From contig OX597832.1 in NCBI GenBank assembly GCA_951406725.2, positions 53,072,001 to 53,136,000 of the forward strand: a stretch of 64,000 nucleotides of DNA. The letters are read 5' to 3'. This DNA is from Octopus vulgaris (taxonomy: Eukaryota). Numbering within the stretch: the stretch's first letter is position 1; every line of letters starts with the position of its first letter. The position numbers and the translations under genes were made by a program. Shown here one piece after another: positions 48,756-61,219 of the stretch. Below the pieces are notes generated by a model that saw only the letters and a list, made by a program, of their open reading frames with translations, searched no databases and was not told the origin of the DNA.

Positions 48756-50233
48756 ACAAGCTAGTCAGAATGTTGGATGAGTGTATGTATTTTTATTGAC
48801 ATTTTTATCGCTTTCTTCTGTTATTTGGATTTATTTGATTTACAGTAAATTTACTTTGCCTTTTTATATAAAATTGAAACTGATGTTGTTTTAGAAAGTT
48901 GACTCCAATGAAATTTGAACTCAAAACATGAAGACAGACAAACAACAACAATAACCAGTAATTTTGCAAACACACAGACAAACAAACAAACGGACAAAGA
49001 CCAGTGATTACAATAATACTGCTTTGCTTATGCATGCAGGGTTAATGATAACAAGAGCCCCCAGGGAGTGCAAGCACCAACATCCCTCTCAACGATTAGC
49101 CAGAGATGATTTTTAAAAGGAGAATATCTGAAATAAACTCAACTGCTCTCACAAGCGAGAATACTAAAAATGAACCCAGCCGCTCTCAAAAATTAAGTAA
49201 AAAAAAACGGAAAAATAATCCAGAATCCTTGTCCAGTACCGGATCAATCTCAAAATCTAATCAGTTCGTGCCAGTCATGAGGCCAAACATCCATGAAAGT
49301 TTCATCCGAATCCATCCAACGGTTCTTGAGATATCTTGTCCATGGACGAATAAACAAAACTGGAAACAACACCTCTGCGTTAGTTAAGGCAGAGGGAATA
49401 AGTGTTCCAAATTTTCACACAATGCAATCAATTTTAGGAGGAAGTGGACAATCATTTCCATTTGCCTAGTACTTGACTGGTACTTTGTTATTGTCCTGAA
49501 AAGATGAAAGGCAGAGTTGATCTCGGCCGGATTTGCGCTCAGAAAGTAAAGAGCCGGAAGAAATCTCATTAAGTGTTTTGAGCATGGTGCTTACCGCCTT
49601 AATAATAAACACTCTCTTTTACTCTTTTACTTGTTTCAGTCATTTGACTGCGGCCATGCTGGAGCCCCGCCTTTAGTCGAGCAAATTGACCCTGGGACTT
49701 ATTCTTTGCAAGCCCAGTACTTATTCTATCGGTCTTTTTTGCCGAACCACTAAGTTACGGGGACGTAAACACACCAGCATCGGTTGTCAAGCAATGCTAG
49801 AGGGACAAACACAGACACACAAACACACACGCACATATATACTTATATATACATATATACGACAGGCTTCTTTCAGTTTCCATCTACCAAATCCACTCAC
49901 AAGGCTTTGGTCAGCCTGAGGCTATAGCAGAAGACACTTGCCCAAGATACCACACAGTGGGACTGAACCCGGAACCATGAGGTTGGTTAGCAAGCTACTT
50001 ACCACACAGCCACTCCAGTTTCAAATTTTCATGCAGAGCCAGCAATTTTGAGGGAGGGGAAAAGTTGATTACATCAACCCCAGTGTTCAACTGGTACTTA
50101 ATTTATCAACCCTGAAAGGAAAGCAAAGTCAACCTTGGCAGAATTTGAACTCAGAACATAAAGATGGATGAAATGCAATTTTGCCCAGTGTGCTAATAAT
50201 AACGACGACGACGACGTTAATAAATAATAAAAA

Positions 50234-50940
50234 AGAATAGACAGCACATCAGAAAGTGATAAGTGCAGAATCTGTGGACAAAATGGTGAAACCATATGGC
50301 ATATTACCAGCCAATGTATACCACTAGCTCAGAAGGAATATAAGAGATGTCATGACAATATAGCCAGGCTTGTCCATTGGATACTTTGCAACAAGTATGG
50401 ACTTGACAGAGCAAAAAATTGGTACGACCACAAACCTGAAGGCATTGTCAAAAATAGAAATGCAAAGATCCAATGGGATTTTATGATTCAGTGCGACCAT
50501 AAGATAGAGAATAGGAAACTGGACATAGTCTTAATTGAGAAAGAAAGCAAACTATGTTGGATCATAGATATAGCATGCCCATCTGACAACAAGGTATGCG
50601 ATAAGGAAGAAAGAAAAGTCGAGAGATATGACAGGTTAGCTTGGGAAGTCAAGCAGTTGTGGTCGATGAAAAAGGTAGCAGTAGTACCATTAATTGTCGG
50701 AGCCCTGAGAACAGTGAGCAAAAATCTTGAGAAGTGCATGGAACAAATAGGGGCTGCAATAAGGATGGAGCAATTGCAGAAAACAGCACTGCTTGGAACT
50801 GCTCGAATACTCTGGAAGGTGCTGGAAAAATAAGAGGTGTTACCTTAGTTCACTGGTAGTGAACAGCTGACACTGTAGTACATCTCCAGCATTAGAAGCT
50901 GTGCAAAGGCAATAAATAATAATAATAATAATAATAATAA
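50234..50940 (+). mobile_element. 5'-truncated R4/Dong-like RLE non-LTR retrotransposon with (TAA)n tail
   Basis: Open frame 50234-50833: CRICGQNGETIWHITSQC (CCHC knuckle), HDNIA, RKLDIVLI...IIDIACP (RLE), LQKTALLGTARIL; short 3' UTR then (TAA)n. Confidence 0.9.
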
Positions 50941-52027
50941 TTTTTTTTAATCAAAGTTTTTAAAAATTTCTTTATAAGGCACAGGAGTGGCTGTGTGGTA
51001 AGTAGCTTGCTTATCAACCACATGGTTCCAAGTTCATTCCCACTGCGTGGGACCTTAGGCAAGTGTCTTCTACTATAGCCTCGGGCCAACCAAACCATTG
51101 TGAGTAGATTTGGTAGACAGAAAATGAAAGAAACCCATCATATATATGTATATAAATGTGTATGTGTGTGTATACATTTGTGTGTCTGTGTTTGTCCCCC
51201 CAACATCACTTGACAACCGATGCTGGTGTATTTACGTCCCTGTAACTTAGCGGTTCGGCAAAATAGAACCGATAGAATAAGTACTAGGCTTCCAAAGAAT
51301 AAGTCCTGGGGTCGATTTGCTCGACTAAAGGTGGTGCTCCAGCATGGCTGCAGTCAAATGACTGAAACAAGTAGAAGAGTAAAGAATAAAAGAGAAACTA
51401 TTTCTTAGGCGCATTCAGTTTCAAATACACCATTTTCTTTGATACAAACTCAGCTTATCCCACCTGGAAGTTATCTCTTCTGACTGCAAAATGTAAACTG
51501 AACAGTTTATGCAAATAGCTAATGAAAAGCATTGAATTCTTTCCAACCAAATATCAGTAACATAGCTAGGGTGAGCAAGGCAGCCCATCTGTCCTTGGTG
51601 GTGCTTTTATACAGGTGGCACTTTTGGGTCAGCTTGTATAAGCCTGTGTGAGGAGGAGGGGAACTCAAGGGCTATCCCAGGTGGCACGCATTCTGGCAAT
51701 ACCACTGCCAAAATTTCAAAGTGTTTAAATGTAAAATGAGACAATAATTTGTTGCATAACACAGATTCACATGGAAGAGGAAGTAGGATGGTGGTATGTT
51801 CTCATCTTTCACTCGAGAATTACTGACATAACTAAGAACTGGAACTAGATTGTGAATTCCACTGGCAGTAATAAAAGTGAAACAAGATCATGTCACACAC
51901 ACACACACGTGCACACACTGAGTAATAGTAAATGTAATAATCTCCACGAAAAGATTCACCACTATATGTATGATACAAATGAAGTCTATGTATGACATCA
52001 TTAAAATGAAATCTGTCTGATTATAGA

Positions 52028-52525
52028 TGTGGAGGTGCGTGGCTTAGTGGTTAGGGTGTCAGCACCATGATCGTAAGATCATGGTTTCAATTTCTGGACC
52101 AGGCGACGTGTTGTGTTCTTGAGCAAAACACTTCATTTCACGTTGCTCCAGTCCACTCAGCTGGCAAAAATGAGTAACGCTGTGATGGACTGGCGTCCCA
52201 TCCAGCTGGGGAACACATATGCCATAGAAACCAGGAAACTGGGCCCATGAGCCTGGCTAGGCTTTAAAAGGGCACAGTGGAGGCACTTGGCTTAGTGGTT
52301 AGGGTGTCAGGATCATGATCGTAAGATTGTGGTTTCGATTTATGGACCGGGTGACGCGTTGTGTTCTTGAGCAAAACACTTCATTTCATGTTGCTCCAGT
52401 CCACTCAGCTGGCAAAAATGAGTAACGCTGCGATGGACTGGCGTCCCATCCAGCTGGGGAACACATATGCCATAGAAACTGGGAAACCGGGCCCATGAGC
52501 CTAGCTAGACTTTAAAAAAGGGTGC
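52028..52525 (+). mobile_element. Tandem dimer of tRNA-derived SINE family 3
   Basis: Two units of about 248 bp, each with a TGGCTTAGTGG A box, a B-box-like GGTTTCGATT and GATGGACTGGCGTCCCATCCAG (resembles V/Meta-SINE central domains). Confidence 0.85.
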
Positions 52526-53453
52526 ATTTATTGTTTTTTTTATTCTGATTACAGATGCCGCCCACATTCTTTGTGCCAGTTCAAATCTGATGTTGAGGAA
52601 CTTCAGTCTACAGTCAATGCTTGTTAAACCCTTAAGCACTGAGATTATGGAGACAAAAGAGTTAAAGAATGATTAATTTTTTATGATAGTTTTTAATTGT
52701 TCTTCAATGAATAAGCAATATATGGAGTATCTGATGAGACCACCTGGAATGGTAAACCAAAACGATGGCTACTACAGCTGTAACAAACTAGTTCCAAATT
52801 ACTTTAGCCCTTAAGCATTCAGATTATTCTGTCAAATGTAATTCTTATTTATTTATATTGCTTTGAAACAATCATACATTATCTCATAGCTTCAAGATTA
52901 TGATGAAGTGATAATTTATGACCCGTGCCGGTGGCACGTAAAAAGCACCTTCCGATCGTGGCCGTTTGCCAGCCTCATCTGGCACCTGTGCAGGTGGCAC
53001 GTAAGAAGCACCCACTACACTCACGGAGTGGTTGGCGTTAGGAAGGGCATCCAGTTGTAGAAACATTACCAGATCAGACTGGGCCTGGTGCAGCTTACTG
53101 GCTTCCCAGACCCCAGTTGAACCGTCCAACCCATGCTAGCATGGAGAACGGACGCTAAACGATGATGATGTAGGGCAGGTGTGAAAAGCCAGATTTGGCC
53201 AGTTTGATCATAAAACAAGTAGAATATTCGGGCAGGATATATGGCTGGTTTAAATGCTAAAGGGTTAATGTTACTTTTAATCATCCTTATTACAAGTGCT
53301 GTGGGCAGCACTTTCTGCCCACTTGGAGAACAAGCACCTTCTCCGGGTCCCTGTCCTTACTCCTTCACTTAAAATAGCCAAACCAGTTTAGTTTTATATT
53401 TAAGGTAAGTGAACCAGACCTTACACAAATATAAATTTTGCTCTTCTTTTAAT

Positions 53454-53960
53454 AATGATGAAATTATTGTATACAGTGCTCAGGTGCACCACAACTTGTC
53501 AAAAAGTGCGTATAAAGTATATGCAGTAATGTACAAATATCTGGAAAGTGAACAATGTATGAGTCAGATACATGCTTGCATGTGTATGGAAGGGAGAAAA
53601 TCAGGTGTAGTGTTGGTGAATCTCAGGAAGCATGGAAGTTTTGAAGGATGCAGTGCTCTGACAACTAACAACTGATGCCAGCAGTTTGTTCCATGCTTCA
53701 GCAACTCTTAGCGTGAAAAAATGTTTCTGAAAGTCATGGGAGCTGTGCTGTTTTCTGACTTTGTAAACATGTCCACGGGTTTTAGACGGGTGGAGTTTGA
53801 AAAGGTTCTCAGAGTTATTGTTAGTAAGATGGATAATAATTTTATGGGTGTCTACCCAGTCAGCTGCCAGACGTCGGAGTTTCAATGTATCCATGCCCCG
53901 GGAAGTAAGGCGTTCAGAATATGGCAAATGCCTGATGGAGGGTATTCTCTTGGTTGCACG
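53454..53960 (-). mobile_element. CR1/Jockey-like LINE 3' end (family also at about 31846-32255 minus, 58427-58750 plus, 63820-64000 plus)
   Basis: ORF 53601..53927 PYSERL...LKLRRL..D...TRGHVYK...AWNKL; copies share the same 3' UTR. Confidence 0.88.
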
Positions 53961-54149
53961 TCACTGAACAGTTTCCAGACAATTTAGTTTCAAAATGTTT
54001 CTCTTCACTAATACGCTGCTGTCATTCTTCCCATCATTTGATTCTTTTCTTTCCTTTTTTTCATCTCTTTTACTATTTTACCAATCCACTAAATTTCCTT
54101 GCATTTCAAATTTTTTTTATTTAGTCCTGGAACAGATTCCTGTATTCTT

Positions 54150-54940
54150 TTTATGTTTCGGTCATTTTGACTGCAGCCATGCTGGAGCACCGCCTTTTAC
54201 TCAAACAAATCGACCCCAGAACTTATTCTTTGTAAGCCTGTAATTATTCTATCAGTGTCTTTTGCTGAACCACTAATTTACGGGGACGTAAACAAACCAA
54301 TATTAGTTGTCAAGCGATGGTGAGGAGACAAACACAGACACACAAATACATATACACACACACATATGACTGGCTCTTTCAGTTTCCGTCTGTCAAATCC
54401 ACTCAAAAGGCTTTGGTTGGCCCGAGGCTATAGCAGAAGACACTTGCCCAAGGTGCCACATAGTGAGACTGAACCTGGAACCATGTGGTTGGTAAGCAAG
54501 CTACTTACTACACAGCCACTCCTGCGCCTATTACTCTCTTTACTCTTTTACTGGTTTCAGTCATTTGACTGCGGCCATGCTGGAGCACCGCCTTTAATCG
54601 AGCAACTCGACCCCGGGACTTATTCTTTTGAAAGCCCAGTACTTCTTCTATCAGTCTCTTTTGCCGAACTGCTAAGTAACGGGGACATAAACACACAAGC
54701 ATCGGTTGTCAAGCAATGCTAGGGGGACAAACACAGACACACACACGCATATATATGTATATATATACATATATATGACGGGCTTCTTTCAGTTTCCGTC
54801 TACCAAATCCACTCACAAGGCTTTGGTCGGCCCGAGGCTATAGCAGCAGACACTTGCCCAAGGTGCCACATAGTGGGACTGAACCTGGAACCATGTGGTT
54901 GGTAAGCAAGCTACTTACGACACAGCCACTCCTGCGCCTA
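54150..54940 (-). mobile_element. Two head-to-tail SINE family 1 copies
   Basis: Junction near 54530; both copies collinear with the family. Confidence 0.85.
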
Positions 54941-55673
54941 TGTACAACATTTTCCACAAAATAGCATAAATTTCAGTATCTATATTCCTGAAACTACTAA
55001 AGGACCAAATATAACTGGTACTCTGTCAGTTATGAGTGTTCGAGTTGACTTGATCGATGGAACAACCTGTTCGCGAAATTAATGTGCAAGTGGCTGAGCA
55101 CTCCACAGATACACATGCCTTTAATGTAGTTCTCAGAGAGATTCAGCATGACATAAAGTGTGATAAGTCTGACCTTTTGAAATACATGTACAACTCATTT
55201 TTGCCAGGTGAGTAAATTGGAGTAACATGAAATAAAGCATCTAGCTTAACGATACAATGAGAATCAAACCCATGATCCTACAATTGCGAGCTGGATACAC
55301 CTAGCCACAAGCCACATGCCTTCACAAAGGACTTGATATGCTCGAATAGAATCTAAAAAAATTGCTTACATAATTCTGATTTTAATACATCTCTCTTTGC
55401 TTATCATGGATGCTTGGTTCCATTAAAAAAAGCAACAAAAAAAATAATAAAAAAACAGTGTTAAATGAATCAGTGATAAATGAACAACAGAAGATATGGA
55501 GAAAATAGGTTTCATTTTAAGACCTCAACTAACCCAAACAACACCTCTAAACAGTTTTTAAACACACATGATAATGTTGTTGCATGTTTGGAATGATATT
55601 TGGAGTAAAATTTAATAACATATGATCAGTAAATAATATATATTATATATATGTATGTATATATATATATATA

Positions 55674-57309
55674 TCGGGTTATCCCATAAATAATGTGTTT
55701 TTTTTCAATTGCATGAACTAAAAGACAGAGTGGGATGGGATAAGCTACCTGCATTAACTTGCTATAAAAGCAGGTAGTGATTTTTACCTTGTTCTTAGTG
55801 TAAGTTTTGAAGAGTGCAGTTCGATTTTAACAGTTATTTTTTCAAAGCTATAATGGAAATGACAAAGGAGCATATTCAGTGTATTTTGCTTTATGAGATC
55901 AACAAAGGAAACAATGCAATGGAAAGTGTGAGGAATATTAATGCAGTATATGGGGATTGGACAATAAGCGTAAGCCAGTGTCAACGGTGCTTCCAGAAAT
56001 TCTGAGCTGGAAACTACAGCCTAGAAGATCTGTAGAGCTCGATGGGGACATCCTGCAAATCCTAGTGGAATAAAATCCCATCATAACTGTTGAGGAACTA
56101 GCAGAGAAGCTTGGATTTGGTCATTCAACCATTCATCAATAACTCTTGAGCACCTTTTCAAACTCCACCCGTCTAACACCCGTGGACATATTTACAAAGT
56201 CAGAAAACAGCACAGCTCCCATGACTTTCGGAAACATTTTTTCACGCTGAGAGTTCCTGAAGCATGGAACAAACTGCCGGTATTAGTTGTTAGTTGTCAG
56301 AGCACTGCATTCTTCAAAACTTCCATGCTTCCTGAGATTCGCCAACACCACACCTGATTTTCTCCTCTCCATACACACACAAGCATGTATCTGACTCATA
56401 CATTGTTTGCTTTCCAGACATTACTGCATATACTTTATATGCACTTTCTGACAAGTTGTGGTGCACCTGAGTACTGTATACAATAATTTCATTATTATTA
56501 TTATTTTATCAACACCAGTGTGCCATCGGAAAAGTCAGCAAATTGGGTCAATGGGTTCCTCACAAACTTTCCAAATCTAATCGCGAGCAGAGATTGAATG
56601 TGTTCTCTTCTTTGCTGTCACATCTCACGAATGAACCTTTTTTTCAGACTGAATAGTGACTGGTGACAAGAAATGAGTTCTCAATAAAAATGTCCAGTGC
56701 CAAAGACATTGGGTAGGGAAATGAGAAACACCAGCGTCTCAAGCTAAAGAAGGCCTTTGCCCACATAAGGTGTTGTTATCTGTTTGGTGAGATGCGAAAT
56801 GTTTAGTCTACTTTGAACTTTTAAACCTAAACAAATTGATAACAAAGGAGATCTTCTGTGAGCAGCTTGAGCAGCTGAAGTCAGCGCTAGAAGGAAAACA
56901 ACCATCTTTGGTTTTAAGATGAAAGGTGTTCTTCCATCAGGATAATGCTTGGCCACATACTGTGAGGATAACATTCCAAAGGCTGGAGCAGTTTGAATGG
57001 GAAACAATGCCTTACCCACCATATTCGCTGGATATTGCCCCATCTGATTATCATTTATTCCACAGTCTTTAAAAACATTTAAATGGAAAAAATATGAATT
57101 CTGTAGATGAGGTCAGAACAATACTGGAGTACTTTTCATTACAGACAAGTGAATTTTGGAAGATGGGCCTTGCAAGTCAACCAGACAGATGGAAGAATAT
57201 TGTAGAAAATGAGTAGAAGAGTATATTTAAGATTAAAAAAGAACTTTGTTTATCTTATTTTGAAAAATAAAATATTTAAAAAAAACACATTATTTATGGG
57301 ATAACCCAA
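55674..57309 (+). mobile_element. Full-length decayed mariner transposon
   Basis: About 30-bp TIRs (TYGGGTTATCCCATAAATAATGTGTTTTTT) flanked by TA. Disrupted transposase with N-terminal HTH (ORF 55814..56005), WVPHKL, IVTGD, QDNAWPH and YSLDIAPSDYHLF motifs. Confidence 0.95.
56140..56507 (+). mobile_element. CR1/Jockey-like LINE 3' end nested in the mariner
   Basis: TRGH.YK...HFFTLRV.EAWNKLP motif and (ATT)n tail; ATCAA present on both sides. Confidence 0.88.
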
Positions 57310-57311
57310 TA

Positions 57312-57357
<46 letters not shown>

Positions 57358-59647
57358 AAGTAACAAACTGAAGTAAAAAGATTCTTCAAAGGAGTGTGCT
57401 AATTTTTACAATCCAGCCGTCCTTTCACATGGAATTTCGGCTATCTTTAAACCATGACCCTGAAGTGACTTATATATAAGGGAACTGTCATTGTGTATGT
57501 GTATCACAAAATGTATATAAATCGAAACAATTTGCTGGCCTTTTATGGTTTTTCTTAATAATTGCTATATAATATTGTTATTTTATATTCATAGTATATC
57601 ATGTAATATTATAATATAAATTATTGGATTGTCAATAGTATCTCTCTCATCATCATCGTTTAATGTCTGCTTTCCATGCTAGCATGGGTTGGACGATTTG
57701 ACTGAGGTCTGGCGAACCAGATGGCTGCACCAGCCTCCAATCTGATCTGGCAGAGTTTCTACAGCTGGATGCCTTTCCTAACAACAAACACTCCGAGAGT
57801 GTAGTGGGTGCTTTTACGTGCCACCAGCACGAGGGCCAGTAGGGCAATGGCCATGCTCAAATGGTGCTTTTTATGTGCCACCTGCACAGGAGTCAGTCCA
57901 GCGGCACTGGCAATGACCTTGCTCAAATGTTTTTTCAAGCAAGGTCGTTGTCAGTGCCACTGGACTGGCTCCTGTGCAGGTGGCACATAAAAAGCATGTT
58001 AGTGTATTTTTGTGTTTCCTTGTCTTGACATTACTTGACGGTTGTCACACAATGTGTCATCCATTTCCAGTATCCAGTTAAAACCTGTCCAGCTTGGAAG
58101 CAAATAGGGTGGGCAACAGGAAGAGCATCTGACCATAGAAAATCTGCCTCAGTAAACTCTGTCAGACACATGCAAGTGTGGAAAAGTGAACATTAAAACA
58201 ATATAGCTGTTAGATGTCTGCTAAAGATTCTTTTGCTGGTTCTTATTTAGAAGGATTTGATTTTGTAACAAGGACGTTGTTGGGCTCATAATCATAAAAT
58301 CAAGGGTTCAATTCTTAGACCAGACAGTACATTGTTTTCTTGAGCAAGGTACTTTATGTTGCTATAGTTACATTACTGAGTAAGTTGTTAAGGAACTACT
58401 ATTGAGTAAATCAACCATGGAATATAATATTTACAAAGTCAGAAAACAGCACAGCTCCCATAACTTTAGGAAACATTTTTTCACACTGAGAGTTGCTGAA
58501 GCATGGAACAAACTGTCGGCATCAGTTGTTAGTTGTCGGAGCACTGCATCCTTCAAAACTTCCATGCTTTCTGAGATTCGCCAACACTACACCTGATTTC
58601 CTCCCCTCCATACACAAGCAAGCATGTATCTGACTCATACATTGTTCTCTTTCCATACATTTGTACATTACTGCATATACTTTATATGCACTTTCTGACA
58701 AGTTGAGGTGCACCTGAGCACTGTATACAATAATTTCATTATTATTATTTTTAATGACGTCTTCAAAATTCTTGTCTTGGAACATGGGACAGTAGTTTAT
58801 CCCCTCTATGTTTAGCCCCTTGTGGGTAATAAAGAAACAAATATATAAGGTGTCATCAGAATCAATATCAACAGAAGAACATTGGAAAGAACTAGAATTT
58901 GGTAATTGTTTTCATTAAAAATGAATAATTTCATATAAAAATATATAAAACAAATCATTTATAGTCAATTCTAGTACATCCCTCTTTCTTGCCCCACCTC
59001 TGGCCATCACGTCCTGAATCTTTAACTGGACCAAGGGCAGGAGGACTGGTATTATAGGTCTGAATTTTTCAGAATTACATTTTGTGAATAATAGAAATTA
59101 AATGAAACCCGGTGAGAAATAAAACTTATAATAGCATAAAATTAGCTATGTAAAATTATCTTAAAACAGTAATTTTATGCAGAAAGCAAAGAAAAGAAAA
59201 TACTGATTTCAAATTTTAGTATAAGGCCAGCAATTTTGGGGGAGAGGATTAGTTGGTTACATTGACCCCAGTGTGCAACTGGTACTTATTTTATCGACCC
59301 TGAAAGGATGAAAGGCAAAGTCAACCTTGATGGAATTTGAACGCAGAACGAAAGGACAGACAAAAGGCCGCTAAGTATTTTGCCCAGCATGCTAACAATT
59401 CTGCCAGCTCGCTCTCTTAAAGAAGAGAAAATATTGTTAACCAGCTTGAGACAAATCCTCCCAAGACCACCTCTGCTTCCATAATACAAAATTTCATGTT
59501 TTAAAGTGTTCTAAATTAAAACCTTCTTTTAAAATTTCGTGATTATTTATGGTCTAAACACCAGGTTAACGATGACAAAGTTACTTTACTAAATTCTTTA
59601 TCATTTTAAAAATTAATTGAAAGAAAAGCAATGTATTTCAACAGGCA

Positions 59648-60012
59648 TCTCTATATATATAAACGGCAAAATGTCTGCGCGTGTGTCCTTTATACAAATC
59701 CACAATTTTTCAGTTAAAGGGCTCGCACTTTCTATGGTCATTCAAAACCGTCCAAGGGTAGTCGTGCACATCTTTACATTTCCCCAGTCACCCCGCAAAG
59801 CCATTAAAAAATCAATAGAAGTGACTTTTTTGTGAATTTTCTAACCAAAACCCAATCAAAATGCCAAAAAACTTGATACGCCAATTGAATGCCAGCTAAC
59901 TGTATGTGATTGGTCGGAGATTTGGACAGTACTCGCGTGTATGTGCGCACGCATGCAGCTGTATATGCATGCACTAGCACTATGACCTGGCAACGCCAGG
60001 TCATAGTGCTAG
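59648..60012 (+). mobile_element. Non-autonomous Helitron family A
   Basis: A|TC...CTAG|T termini, 3' hairpin, no TSD. Other copies at 25916-26286 and 3416-4134. Confidence 0.85.
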
Positions 60013-60773
60013 TATACTAATAAAAGTGTCAATCAATCTTCAAAAGTATTTTCCCCTCTTTACTTTTTACATAAAATTAATATTTTCATTAGATTTTCTA
60101 TTTCGCTACATTTACTGATCATGATCAGGACAACTGTTCTGGTATTCTATATTGATACTATAGGTTTGAATTTTGTGAATAACAGAATTTAAATGACACT
60201 TGGTGAGAAATAAAACTAACAGGCGCAGGAGTGACTGTGTGGGAAGTAGATTGTTTACCAACCACATGGTCCCGGATTCAGTCCCACTGCGTGGCACCTT
60301 AAGCCCGTCGTATATATGTATATATATATATATATATATGCGTGTGTGTATTTGTGTGTCTGTGTTTGTCCCCCTAGCATTGCTTGACAACCGATGCTGG
60401 TGTGTTTATGTCCCTGTTACTTAGTGGTTCGGCAAAAGAGACCGATAGAATAAGTACTGGGCTTACAAAAGAATAAGTCCCGGGGTCGAGTTACTCGATT
60501 AAAGGTGGTGCTCCAGCATGGCCGCAGTCAAATGACTGAAACAAGTAAAAGAGTAAAAGAGTAAAGAGTAATAACAATATGTTGAAAAAATAAATGAAAT
60601 AAAATAACAACCCAGCCACCGGTAAATAAAAATGTTTTAATAAATCTGAAATAAATATCCACAATTTTCTCCCTGGTGCAAATTGTCATGGGCTGACACT
60701 CTGAATAAATAAATATCTTCTGATCTCTGTGAACTTAGAACTGCATGCAAATATACAAGACAATTGTGATATA

Positions 60774-61219
60774 TTAGCTGTCGACTGAGAGCAAATGATT
60801 TAAAAGAATTTTGTTGTTAATGAAAGGTGGAAGCTTCAAGCTCTTCAGTTTTTGGGAAATATTTCCACCTATACATGATCGAATTGTCCTGATACAATAA
60901 AACTGAAGTGATTGTGTTGTGCGTGTATAGTCCGTATACCATTTTGCCATTTCTTCACATGCAAGTAATGGGTCTCTTAGGTCTTCATTTTTTTCAACTA
61001 AGCCTGCCTTCCATTGATAACCAGCAAAAAGTAAAAGTTTTGCTATCTCCCAGTTCTTCATGAAGATAGCCAGTTCAAAAGGATCGAAGTAATAATCAAT
61101 TCTTTTGCGACAGATTCTACCTCGATTCTGAAACTCACAATTCCAATAAAGTAAATGTTTAACCACATTAATTTGATTACGGCTGACAGCAGCAAGAATT
61201 GGTGTAACGCCAGATGGAA
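60774..61219 (-). CDS. Terminal coding exon of an ankyrin-repeat and SOCS-box (ASB-like) protein
   Basis: Acceptor tctttttctag| at 61220. Ankyrin-like GVTPILAAV...VVKHLL and PFELAI...EIAKLLL, then a SOCS box SLQFYCIRTIR...LKSLKLPPFINNKIL, stop TAA at 60776-60774. No upstream exon found in the window. Confidence 0.88.

Noticed and set aside
52727-52785. CTGATGAG followed by a small stem
   Set aside because: No GAAA or helix III in register.
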